Source: a virus
IMG/VR virus record: IMGVR_UViG_3300045988_179268
Location: 1 to 64,000 of that record
DNA: 64,000 nt
Reading direction: 5' to 3' (one strand)
In this document: positions 16,822 through 25,367 of the stretch, one piece after another
Layout: each line of letters begins with the position of its first letter
Position numbering within the stretch: position 1 is the first letter of the stretch
The notes under the pieces: model-generated
Seen by the model: only the letters and a program-made list of their open reading frames with translations
What the model was told of the DNA's origin: nothing
Database searches by the model: none
Position numbers and translations under genes: made by a program

Positions 16822-19809
16822 TTGAGTAAGAAGACCAATATTAACGTGAAGAAGACTGTCATTGCGTCCGCACTTTTGACCGCTACTATCGCTGGCACTG
16901 TAGCTCCGGCGGTGGCAAATGGTGAGCCAAAGGGCAAGAAAGAGCCTCTAACTGCCGGTTCAACTATTACCGTCTCTGAGACAGAAACCATTAAGAATGA
17001 TGCGGACACCCGTCTTCACGGAGATACAGCTACTACGGAAGCCGCCCCAACCCTACAGGGCGCTGTAGCGGTAGACAACATTAAGGTTGCTTTAGCTGAA
17101 ACCCCGGAAGAGGGCGCGAAGAGAGGTGGTGCAACCGTTGGTTGGGGTGCTAAAGCTCAGGCTATTGATAAGCAGAACCTAACCGGCGCGCAGGATGCAA
17201 CTATCTCCAACGCCAACGCCCCAACCCTAGCTGTCGTTCCGCTAACTACTAAGAGTGGCTGGAAGCCTTCGTGGGGCATTCTTGGTCAGGATGTGTCTAA
17301 CCATCAGCCGAATATTAACTGGGCGGCACAGTACGCGGGCGGTAGCCGTTTCTCCTGGATGAAAACCAGTGAAGGCACCACCTACGTAGACCCCACGTTC
17401 TCCAAGCACTATATGGGTGCACGTGATGCTGGTCTTGTGACCGGCGGTTACCACTTCGCGTTACCGTCACAGTCATCTGGTCGCACTCAGGCGGAAATTT
17501 TCATCAAGAACGGTGGTGGGTGGACTGCCGACGGTAAGACCTTACCCGGTATGCTTGACCTTGAGTATAACCCCTACCCGTCATTGGGTAACACCTGCTT
17601 CGGCATGTCTCAGTCACAGTTGAAGGCGTGGACGTGGGACTTCATGAACACGTATAAGGAGAAGACAGGGCGCTACCCGACTATTTACTCCACAACTGAC
17701 TGGTGGAACACTTGCATGGGCGGTACGGGTGAGTTTAAGGCGGCTCCGCTTCATATCGCCAACTATTCTACTGGCCCTGGATACATGCCTGGCGGCTCAA
17801 CCAGCTTCGACATCTGGCAATTTTCATCGGTAGCGCCTTTCGCGGGCGATAGCAACGTGTTTAACGGTTCGCAGGCTGAGTTGGATAACTTTGTTCGCGA
17901 CCCTAACTATGTGTCTAAGTGGCAGAGTAACGGTAAGGTTTCACCTGCTCCAACTGGCTTCCGTTCTGCTCATGCTCCCGAGGCTCCCAAGCCTGCACCT
18001 GTTGTTGATAATGGTGACCGTAACTTCGGCAATGGTGGCTTCATCAATATTCATAGTGGTATTGGTAGCTACTGGAACAAGAACCAGGAGCGTTACGGTA
18101 CACCTATCGGTCGCGAGCTTGCACTACCTAACGGCTGGGCGCAAGACTTCACTAACGGCTACCGCATCCTTCACCGTAAGGACGGTAAGGGTGGTGCCGT
18201 CTACCTGCGTGGCGCGATTGGTGACCTATGGGTAAAGAACGGCAATGAGTACGGCAAGTTTGGCTACCCGCTAACCGATGAATATTCATTCCGTGAATCT
18301 GCACAGCAGGACTTCGATAGTGGCAAGAAGCTGATTTGGTCTGAAAAAAATGGCGTGCATGTCATGACGAACTTCAAGCCAATTATTCAGAAATGGTTTG
18401 ACCTTGGCGACGTGCGTGGTGTTGGTACCCCGATTACTGATGAGGTTACTAACGGTGACGTTATCCATCAGGATTTCCGCACCAATGACGGCTTTAAGAT
18501 TACCCGTATCAGTTGGAACACCCGCACTAACGCTGTTGCTGTAACGAATGTTAATGAGCAGAGCTCTAATGGCTTCATTATTAAGGGTGGCATCCGTGAG
18601 TATCTGAATAGGATAGGCACCGATTATGGTGGTGCCGCCGGTAATGAGCGCACTATTGATGCTTTGCGTGGCGTGTGGGAGCAGGACTTTAAGAGTGGTC
18701 ACCGTGTAGTCTACTCGTATGGTGCGCAGGGTAAGAGTGTTTGGACTCGTGGCGCTATTGGCGGCAAGTGGGTTCGTTCTGGTGGTTCTGCGGGTACGTA
18801 CCGCTACCCGACGGATGAAGAGAAGCTTCGCGATGGTATTTATTACCAGGATTTCGCATCTGGTCACCGTCTGGCATGGACGGAACGCACGGGTACTCAT
18901 GAGATTTGGATGCGTGGTGCTATCGGCGGCAAGTGGATGACTAACCCGTCGTTCTATGGTGCGCCTGCTACTGATGAGATGCATCGCGGCAACGGCGTTG
19001 TAACGCAGGACTTCATTACCAATAGCGGTCAGAATAATAAGATGGTGTGGACTGAGAAGACCGGCGCACACAACATTGACATTAACAGTGCTATTGCACG
19101 TAAGTGGCTAACCTACGGCGAAATTGGCAAGAACAAGCTTGGTGTTCCCGTAAGCGAAGAATACCATGTGAATGGTGGTCGCGCGCAGGACTTCAAAAAT
19201 GGCGACGACTACTACATTATCGGCTGGGATGCTTCTACTAACCGCACACACGTTATCCAGTTCAACAGCGAAGTCGGCAAGAAGTGGGCTCGTGAAGGTC
19301 ACTGGGACAAGCATGGATTCCCACAGAGCGACGTGGTAGGTAACCGTAACGCTACTACTCAGTGGTTCTCACGTACTGGTAAGCTCAGCACTCTACATAA
19401 TATCGCGCACGGGTCAGCTGTAGTGCCTGCAAGCCTGTCTGCTGAGCCGCTAGTCAATCAGCAGGTCAGCAACATTAAGGATAGGATTGTGGCGACTGCT
19501 AAAACCGGGCTTGGGGGCACCTACGTTTGGGGCGGCAAGACATTCAAGTCTTGGGACTGCTCTGGCTTCGTCTCCTGGGTTTACGCCCAGCACGGCATCA
19601 AGCTCACCCCTTACACCTTCGCGATGAAGAATGAGTTGAAGCCTACCGTCACTCCTCAGCCTGGCGACATTGTGTTCCAGAATGGTTACAACCATGTCGG
19701 TATCTATTTGGGCGACGGTAAGATGATTTCTGCTCTCAATCCGTCGAATGGCACGCTTATCCACCCGGTGAACTGGATGCCTGTTGATGGATACTACACG
19801 GCTAAGTAA
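16822..19809 (+). CDS. secreted cell-wall hydrolase: GH25 muramidase, LGFP-type repeats and C-terminal NlpC/P60 endopeptidase
   Basis: TTG 16822 is preceded by GAAGGAAA (alternative GTG at 16846). Signal peptide ..ASALLTATIAGTVAPAVANG. GH25 block GQDVSNHQPNINW..FSWMKTSEGTTYVDPTF..GGYHFALP. NlpC/P60 block GGTYVWGGKTFKSWDCSGFV..GYNHVGIYLGDG. Confidence 0.85.
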   Translation: MSKKTNINVKKTVIASALLTATIAGTVAPAVANGEPKGKKEPLTAGSTITVSETETIKNDADTRLHGDTATTEAAPTLQGAVAVDNIKVALAETPEEGAKRGGATVGWGAKAQAIDKQNLTGAQDATISNANAPTLAVVPLTTKSGWKPSWGILGQDVSNHQPNINWAAQYAGGSRFSWMKTSEGTTYVDPTFSKHYMGARDAGLVTGGYHFALPSQSSGRTQAEIFIKNGGGWTADGKTLPGMLDLEYNPYPSLGNTCFGMSQSQLKAWTWDFMNTYKEKTGRYPTIYSTTDWWNTCMGGTGEFKAAPLHIANYSTGPGYMPGGSTSFDIWQFSSVAPFAGDSNVFNGSQAELDNFVRDPNYVSKWQSNGKVSPAPTGFRSAHAPEAPKPAPVVDNGDRNFGNGGFINIHSGIGSYWNKNQERYGTPIGRELALPNGWAQDFTNGYRILHRKDGKGGAVYLRGAIGDLWVKNGNEYGKFGYPLTDEYSFRESAQQDFDSGKKLIWSEKNGVHVMTNFKPIIQKWFDLGDVRGVGTPITDEVTNGDVIHQDFRTNDGFKITRISWNTRTNAVAVTNVNEQSSNGFIIKGGIREYLNRIGTDYGGAAGNERTIDALRGVWEQDFKSGHRVVYSYGAQGKSVWTRGAIGGKWVRSGGSAGTYRYPTDEEKLRDGIYYQDFASGHRLAWTERTGTHEIWMRGAIGGKWMTNPSFYGAPATDEMHRGNGVVTQDFITNSGQNNKMVWTEKTGAHNIDINSAIARKWLTYGEIGKNKLGVPVSEEYHVNGGRAQDFKNGDDYYIIGWDASTNRTHVIQFNSEVGKKWAREGHWDKHGFPQSDVVGNRNATTQWFSRTGKLSTLHNIAHGSAVVPASLSAEPLVNQQVSNIKDRIVATAKTGLGGTYVWGGKTFKSWDCSGFVSWVYAQHGIKLTPYTFAMKNELKPTVTPQPGDIVFQNGYNHVGIYLGDGKMISALNPSNGTLIHPVNWMPVDGYYTAK
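18040..19370 (+). repeat. about eight LGFP-like cell-wall-binding repeats
   Basis: Recurring unit G-A-I-x-x-K/L-W..G..G-x-P-x-[ST]-[DE]-E..QDF..G, for example YGKFGYPLTDEY, YRYPTDEE, LGVPVSEEY, HGFPQSD. Boundaries are approximate. Confidence 0.6.
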
Positions 19810-19814
19810 TAGTG

Positions 19815-19823
19815 TGCTATAAT
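19815..19823 (+). promoter_or_regulatory. consensus extended -10 (TGcTATAAT) just after the hydrolase stop codon
   Basis: TG at 19815-19816 and TATAAT at 19818-19823. No ORF lies between it and the hairpin at 19900. Confidence 0.45.
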
Positions 19824-19899
19824 TAAATTGTTAATTATTCACCCCAAGATGTACCGGCAAGGTGGTGTCTAGGGTGGGGCACTTAACGCATTTTCACTT

Positions 19900-19949
19900 A
19901 AGGTGGGCGCTTCAAGCATTCCTAGAAACGTGCTTGAAGCGCCCACCTT
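19900..19949 (+). terminator. stem-loop terminator
   Basis: Perfect 19-bp stem aaggtgggcgcttcaagca / tgcttgaagcgcccacctt. Confidence 0.7.
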
Positions 19950-19976
19950 GCTTGTTGGCAACATCTGTGATATACT
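19948..19976 (+). promoter_or_regulatory. promoter of the third tRNA cassette
   Basis: TTGCTT (19948-19953), 17-nt spacer with TG (19968-19969), TATACT (19971-19976). Confidence 0.55.
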
Positions 19977-20014
19977 TTATGAGATAAATCTTCTTGACGT
20001 AAATCAAGATGTAT

Positions 20015-20100
20015 GACGGTGTGGCTGAATGGATTAGGCGGCAGTCTGCAAAACTGTTACACCCCTAGCGGGTATGCGGGTTCAAATCCCGTCACCGTCT
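20015..20100 (+). tRNA. type-II (long variable arm) tRNA with GCA (Cys) anticodon
   Basis: Manual cloverleaf: acceptor GACGGTG/CACCGTC, 3-bp D-stem, anticodon stem GCAGT/ACTGT, loop CTGCAAA, 18-nt variable region with ACCC/GGGT stem, T-arm GCGGG-TTCAAAT-CCCGT, discriminator T. Confidence 0.7.
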
Positions 20101-20105
20101 CAAAT

Positions 20106-20150
20106 ACAGAAGAAGCCCCAACCTGAAATTCAGGTTGGGGCTTCTTCTGT
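20106..20150. terminator. bidirectional stem-loop terminator
   Basis: Perfect 20-bp stem acagaagaagccccaacctg / caggttggggcttcttctgt between the tRNA (+) and pspA (-). Confidence 0.75.
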
Positions 20151-20217
20151 CACACCTTTGCGGGTAACAGCCTTTTTACCTATAGATTATGCATCGTTGG
20201 GTGACATGAAAGAACGC

Positions 20218-20943
20218 TTACGCCTTTGCCTGCTTAGCCTTCAAAGCGGCGAGGCGGTCATCAAGCTCAGCGTCACGCTTGATGGCTTCCAAGTCATTGA
20301 ACTGGTCGTTAATGTTGGAAGTTGCGAGTTCCTGCTGACCCATAGCGTATGCTTCTTCGCGGCGCACCTTCTCCTCGATGCTTGCCATTGCGGAGGTTGC
20401 GTCAAGAGTGGTGATGTTCTTGCTTGCCTCTGCCATGATGGTCTGTGCCTGAGCGGTCTTGCGGCGTGCGTTCAGTTCGTCACGCTTCTCCTTGACTTCC
20501 TCAAGCTTTGCGCGCATCTTGTCCAGACCGTCGCGAAGAACCGCTACGTTGTCACGCTGGGACTGAATCTGCGGAGCGTCAGTCTCGTTGCGCTTTTCAA
20601 GCTTCAACTGGTTACCAAGCGCGGTCTTTGCGAGGTTGTCATACTTGTCGGCGTTGGCTACATCACCTTCGGCGCGGAACTTGTCTGCCGCATTGGATGC
20701 GGCGAGTGCCTTGTCGCCCCATTCGATTGCTTCCTGCGCGCGGGTGTCGTAGTCCTTCTCTGCAAGTCGGAGGGTGCCGATAAGCTGTGCTACAGCGGCT
20801 TCTGCTTCACGAATGTTGTTGGTGTAGTCGCGGATAAGCTGGTCCAGCATCTTCTGAGGGTCTTCTGCCTTGTCAAGTAGTGCGTGGATGTTAGCCTTTG
20901 CGAGGTCTGCAACGCGGGTGAAGATGGTTACCTTCTGTGCCAT
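20218..20943 (-). CDS. pspA: PspA/IM30 family (phage shock protein A-like) membrane-stress protein
   Basis: MAQKVTIFTRVADLAKANIHALLDKAEDPQKMLDQLIRDY... is typical of the PspA N-terminus. The protein is an all-helical coiled coil of about 240 aa. Start set at the second ATG (20943), preceded by AAAGGTG. Confidence 0.85.
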   Translation of the reverse strand: MAQKVTIFTRVADLAKANIHALLDKAEDPQKMLDQLIRDYTNNIREAEAAVAQLIGTLRLAEKDYDTRAQEAIEWGDKALAASNAADKFRAEGDVANADKYDNLAKTALGNQLKLEKRNETDAPQIQSQRDNVAVLRDGLDKMRAKLEEVKEKRDELNARRKTAQAQTIMAEASKNITTLDATSAMASIEEKVRREEAYAMGQQELATSNINDQFNDLEAIKRDAELDDRLAALKAKQAKA

Positions 20944-20976
20944 AGTAATATGCACCTTTCATGGTTAAGTTGTTGG

Positions 20977-20998
20977 GTGTCCACGGGTTTGTGTCCAC
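20977..20998 (-). promoter_or_regulatory. direct repeat GTGTCCAC x2 (14-nt period) in the pspA 5' UTR; candidate operator
   Basis: GTGTCCAC at 20977-20984 and 20991-20998 (+ strand reading). It lies between the putative -10 and the RBS of pspA. Confidence 0.3.
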
Positions 20999-21007
20999 CA
21001 TGTCTAA

Positions 21008-21016
21008 ACTATAGCA
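21008..21016 (-). promoter_or_regulatory. extended -10 promoter of pspA
   Basis: The reverse complement reads TGcTATAGT. Confidence 0.5.
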
Positions 21017-21122
21017 CATTTTTTTCTGGCGGGGCAAATGGTTTGATGGTCGTGTTTCCTGTGTGTTGCCTGCGGGTTTTAGAGGGCGGCTTCCTTTGAT
21101 ATACAGGTTGTGTTGAATAGCT

Positions 21123-21131
21123 TGCTATATA
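21123..21131 (+). promoter_or_regulatory. extended -10-like promoter
   Basis: TGcTATATA, about 58 nt upstream of the ATG at 21189. Confidence 0.35.
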
Positions 21132-21188
21132 AGCTCTTTTCGCGTTATATTTTGTATATTTTTGAAGATTTTAGAAGGTCGATGATTT

Positions 21189-23444
21189 ATGGCTAAGGGA
21201 CAGTATCATATTAATAATGACAACCGTCGTCTTCCCTGTAGCGCTGAGTTTAAGTGTGAGTTTGCATCTAACGCACCACATTTTAATACTCCAAGGGAAG
21301 CTGACGACTGGCTTGAGATGGAAGCTTTGAGTCGTAGCGTTTATGACACTATGGCGGAGGAGTTCGGCAAGGAGAATCTTGACCCTAAGATGATGGCTAG
21401 TATGGGTATTACGGAATGGACTCTTCATGCACGTGACCCTGAGAACTACCCGTACCCTGGCGACCCGGCGGAGCTACTGCCAGCAACTCAGGGTGAGACT
21501 GATACTGTGGTAGAAGAATCTCCGAAGGTTGAATCTACGGCAACCTTGGTTGAGTCTATTGACAATGTGAGCATCATTGACATTGACCTTAACGTTCCAC
21601 CACCAGTCAAGGAAGAGGTGGCTAAGGCATCTCAGCCTATTCCTATGGAGACTCTTGAGGCGGCTATTGATAACTTCCATATTGTAGATATTGATATTGC
21701 GCCACCACCGCAAGCTGTAGAGCCAGAAAAGCCTGCCCAGGAAGAGTTTGTCGAATACGGTCGAGATAGTGCCGGGTGGCTTGACCCTGAGACGGGTCAG
21801 TTCGCCCTTGATTTCGACGTTTCATCTATGCGTATTGCCCGTCCCATCTACGACATTGACGATGACCGCTACTGGGAGCCAGAGACGGATGATGAGATGG
21901 TAGAAGAGGCTTTACGTTATGCTGGGTGGGAAGATGATGACGTAGCGGAAGCTTTGGCTAAGCGTATGGAGATTCGAAGTGAGGAGGAAAATGGCTATAG
22001 GGAGCGTTGGACTGCCTCGGATGTTCGTCATGCTGTGCCAAGCTGGATTGCCCGTAATTTTGATAAGCCCATTGATGAGGTAGAGGCTGAGGAGGCTCTT
22101 AAGGCTTGGGGGGAGACAGCGCAGGGGCGCGGACGAGTTTCCACCTATGAGAGTATTGATGCTTTAGACGGTGAGCCTGAGGAGAACGAAACTAACTGCG
22201 TCGTTGAGTTTGACATTGTGGATGAGTTTTCTGAGCCAGACACTTTGCTGACCGGAACGCCAGTTCAGGGCGAAGCGAATGAGGGCTGGGCATTCGTTCA
22301 GGGCATGGCTGGTGGCGACTACAACTTTGATGGGGGTGACTATAGCCTTTATGCTGAGCGTAATGATGACGGTTCTATTACGCGGTATGTGGACAAGGAC
22401 GCGCTAGTTGCAGTGAATATTGACCCTATGCATCAGTATGTTAGCCAGCAGGTAGCTAAACGTAAGTATGGGTCTAAAGAGGACGAGGTTGCTTACCGTG
22501 CATACCGTTGGGATGCGAAGGAACGCGAACAGTTGAAGGCGTACCATGATTTCTTGACTTCTGACTCCGCGTTCGCTGACCTTGAGATGACTCCTCAGCA
22601 GAAAGATGCACTGAATAGCCTGCGTAAACTACAGTATCAGTCTGCTGTGATTGATAACCTTATGGAAGATTACGTTTCCGATTCGTCGTATGACATGGAT
22701 AAAGATGACGCGCTTATTGATTTGAAGATGCGCCTTAAGTATGACGGTTACCACGACTCTGATGATTTCATTACACATGTTCAGGAAGGATTAAGGAGCG
22801 GCAACTATAAGATTGACTCAGACTCGGATACTCCAACATTGAGTGACATTAAGAAGGGCAATCGCTCTAGGGACGGTTGGGATAATAGGCTTAAGAGTTT
22901 ACGCGGCAGGGCGGCGCGTGGCGGGTCTTACACTGACATGTCCAATGCTGTAGCTAAGCGTTCTTACGTACCTAATGTCAGCACTGTTAAGAAGCCGGAA
23001 GAGGTTACTCAAGCTGAGACTGTTATGGCGGCTTTTGCTGGTCGCACAATTGCGCGACAGGAAGCTTTAACCTATAAGCGCGGCAACCTAGCAAGAGTGA
23101 CACTCGATAACGCTTCGAGGGGCTGGGCTCAGGCTTGGGATAGGGGTATTGACAAGTCCCGTAACAACGATTTTATGGTGACGTATAAAGATGCAGAGGG
23201 ACGCACCAGGTTTGGGTATGCACCCCAGACTAAGAAGGATGGAACTCTGGACATCGTGCATTTACCGGCAGAGGCAACTTTGGTGGATGCGGATGGTCTA
23301 GAGTATCCAGACCCATACTTCATTAAGGCGGCGCGCGGTGAGTATTTCTTTGGAGGTACTGCATTCAAACCAGGTGATGTGGAGAATATTGAAGTGAATA
23401 GTGATGACACTACGACTTCGAAGTATGACTTGAAGTTATGGTAG
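21189..23444 (+). CDS. large acidic hypothetical protein with N-terminal Cys/His module
   Basis: 751 aa. The N-terminus YHINNDNRRLPCSAEFKCEF..APHFNTPREADDW parallels the ORF at 15034. The rest is very acidic with no recognised domain. Confidence 0.6.
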   Translation: MAKGQYHINNDNRRLPCSAEFKCEFASNAPHFNTPREADDWLEMEALSRSVYDTMAEEFGKENLDPKMMASMGITEWTLHARDPENYPYPGDPAELLPATQGETDTVVEESPKVESTATLVESIDNVSIIDIDLNVPPPVKEEVAKASQPIPMETLEAAIDNFHIVDIDIAPPPQAVEPEKPAQEEFVEYGRDSAGWLDPETGQFALDFDVSSMRIARPIYDIDDDRYWEPETDDEMVEEALRYAGWEDDDVAEALAKRMEIRSEEENGYRERWTASDVRHAVPSWIARNFDKPIDEVEAEEALKAWGETAQGRGRVSTYESIDALDGEPEENETNCVVEFDIVDEFSEPDTLLTGTPVQGEANEGWAFVQGMAGGDYNFDGGDYSLYAERNDDGSITRYVDKDALVAVNIDPMHQYVSQQVAKRKYGSKEDEVAYRAYRWDAKEREQLKAYHDFLTSDSAFADLEMTPQQKDALNSLRKLQYQSAVIDNLMEDYVSDSSYDMDKDDALIDLKMRLKYDGYHDSDDFITHVQEGLRSGNYKIDSDSDTPTLSDIKKGNRSRDGWDNRLKSLRGRAARGGSYTDMSNAVAKRSYVPNVSTVKKPEEVTQAETVMAAFAGRTIARQEALTYKRGNLARVTLDNASRGWAQAWDRGIDKSRNNDFMVTYKDAEGRTRFGYAPQTKKDGTLDIVHLPAEATLVDADGLEYPDPYFIKAARGEYFFGGTAFKPGDVENIEVNSDDTTTSKYDLKLW

Positions 23445-23466
23445 TCGATATGTGACCTTTTTACTT

Positions 23467-23510
23467 AGTGGGGTTTCAGTGCTTGTATGGGTACTGAAAC
23501 CCCACTTTTT
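23467..23510 (+). terminator. intrinsic terminator
   Basis: 14-bp stem agtggggtttcagt / actgaaaccccact followed by TTTTT. Confidence 0.75.
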
Positions 23511-23528
23511 CACACCCAACCATAAGAT

Positions 23529-23558
23529 TTGCATTACTTGCTAGACGTGTGGTACACT
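23529..23558 (+). promoter_or_regulatory. promoter
   Basis: TTGCAT (23529-23534), 18-nt spacer with TG (23550-23551), TACACT (23553-23558). The leader carries TTATTCACTT twice (23598-23607 and 23609-23618). Confidence 0.55.
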
Positions 23559-23648
23559 AAATTTCGTCGGGTTTCCTGAAAGGGGGATTCGGCAAACTTA
23601 TTCACTTTTATTCACTTAACTTCAACTCTAAAAGGAGTCTTACCTATC

Positions 23649-25256
23649 ATGTTTATTTCCCGTCGTTCTCTGATTGCTGGCGCTACCGCTGGCGGCGCAC
23701 TGCTTGCACTGAATGCACCTGCCGCAAACGCACGCAACCGCTTCGTTGCCGCCACCACGGAGCCCACTGTTAAGAAGGTGGCAACCCCTGCGGTTGGTCA
23801 CGCCATCAAGCGAGGCAATAGCACCACGTCGCTCTCTGCAATTAATTCTGTCACCGTTTCCCCGTGGAACAACATTGTCACTCCTGGCTACGGCGACTAT
23901 AACGCAAACGGCGACACTTACGGCACTAGCCGAGTTTGCCTTTCCGCCTTCGACGCAAACGGTAACTCCCTGATGCAGTTTAAGCCTGCTGGCTCCGAGG
24001 CTGTCACTGCACAGTATGCGGCTGGACGTATCTATGTACCGCTAACTGACCCCTCTCAGCCCGCAAACTTCCGCGACCTGTGGAACCGCACCGCTGTATG
24101 GGAGTCGGATACTACCGGCAAGAACTGGACTCTTCGCGATATTCGTGACCCGCAGGGTCGCCCGTACAAAGCAGAACACATTTGGGACATCTGCTCCGCA
24201 CCGGGCACTAATGAAACCCTGTTTATCAGCATTAGTTCCCACAAGGACACTATTCATGGTCTTGCGTATGAAGAGGGCGTAGTTCTGATGGGCGACTTCG
24301 AGGGTGGCTTCGTTCCGGCATATATCTCCTCTGCGCCGAACCAGTCCGTGCGCCTGCTTCCGACGGCTAAGCAGAAGGCTCAGGGTGGTAACATTATTGT
24401 TCGCGCCACCCGTAATGTACGAGGTCAGGGCAAGGAGGATATTCTCATTATTCTGACTGATGGCGACGGCACTAAGCTCCAGGCTGTTCGTGACGACGGC
24501 TTCTCCCGTTCGAATGTAACTAATCCTAACGTTTACTCTGACGAGCATGGCTACGACCACAACTGGACTGTGAGCGATGTATTCACCTCTCCGGCTACTG
24601 TTCTTCCGTCTGACGTTCATGAGTTTGCTGATGGTTGGCGCTTTGAGCCGGGTGACATGAAGTCTGACCGCAACGTTCGCGGCATTCAGGGTTATCTGCG
24701 CCACCGTGACAAGTCTAAGGGCTTTGACCTTGCTATCCCGAATGAGGAGAACCCTGAAAAGGATATGGGTATCCTGCACACCTATATGTCGTCCAACTCT
24801 GAGGTGTGGCACGCCATCCGTTCCCAGTTTGGCGACCTGACCATCATCAATACCCAGAGCCAGCTGGTGTGGCATGTCAATAAGGGCGACTTTAAGCGCT
24901 ACAAGACTGCCGACACCAATGATAAGCTTCGCAATGAGCTGTTGAAGGTTTCGGGTGATAGCTTTGGCGTGATTCTGAGTGGCAATTCGGGCAACCCGAA
25001 GCTGGTATTCGGCACCTCTGACGGCTATCTGCTTTACATTGACGGTCTTCTTCCTTACGCTGAGGCGAAGGACATGAAGCGTCGCGCTGGCACTGACAAG
25101 CGATTCAGTGATGATTACGAATACGAGACTTATAAGTATGGCATGAATTTCGCCGAGTATCGTAAGCGTGACATGGCAGATATTGCTGAGGCGCGCCGCC
25201 TAAACAAGGCTCAGGGATTGCGCCCCCGAACCTACTACAAGCGAATTGCTGACTAA
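23649..25256 (+). CDS. secreted hypothetical protein with Tat-type signal
   Basis: N-terminus MFISRRSLIAGATAGGALLALNAPAANA (SRRxLI twin-arginine motif). 535 aa with a basic C-terminal tail. No domain recognised. Confidence 0.6.
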   Translation: MFISRRSLIAGATAGGALLALNAPAANARNRFVAATTEPTVKKVATPAVGHAIKRGNSTTSLSAINSVTVSPWNNIVTPGYGDYNANGDTYGTSRVCLSAFDANGNSLMQFKPAGSEAVTAQYAAGRIYVPLTDPSQPANFRDLWNRTAVWESDTTGKNWTLRDIRDPQGRPYKAEHIWDICSAPGTNETLFISISSHKDTIHGLAYEEGVVLMGDFEGGFVPAYISSAPNQSVRLLPTAKQKAQGGNIIVRATRNVRGQGKEDILIILTDGDGTKLQAVRDDGFSRSNVTNPNVYSDEHGYDHNWTVSDVFTSPATVLPSDVHEFADGWRFEPGDMKSDRNVRGIQGYLRHRDKSKGFDLAIPNEENPEKDMGILHTYMSSNSEVWHAIRSQFGDLTIINTQSQLVWHVNKGDFKRYKTADTNDKLRNELLKVSGDSFGVILSGNSGNPKLVFGTSDGYLLYIDGLLPYAEAKDMKRRAGTDKRFSDDYEYETYKYGMNFAEYRKRDMADIAEARRLNKAQGLRPRTYYKRIAD

Positions 25257-25272
25257 TAACCTGTAACAGGTG

Positions 25273-25323
25273 AACGTATGGCGGGCTAATCTTGGTTGCT
25301 TCCAGGTTAGCCCGCCATACGTT
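25273..25323 (+). terminator. stem-loop terminator
   Basis: Perfect 17-bp stem aacgtatggcgggctaa / ttagcccgccatacgtt. Confidence 0.65.
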
Positions 25324-25367
25324 ATACTAAGAATGCTCTACATAAATATACTTGAAAGGAATGTCTT

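Noticed and set aside
19501-19515. AKTG inside the NlpC/P60 domains (TAKTGLGG at about 19501 and TAKTGIGG at about 27415) as additional sorting signals
   Set aside because: These are internal to the catalytic domain, with no following hydrophobic helix or basic tail. The resemblance to the C-terminal KTG motif is coincidental.
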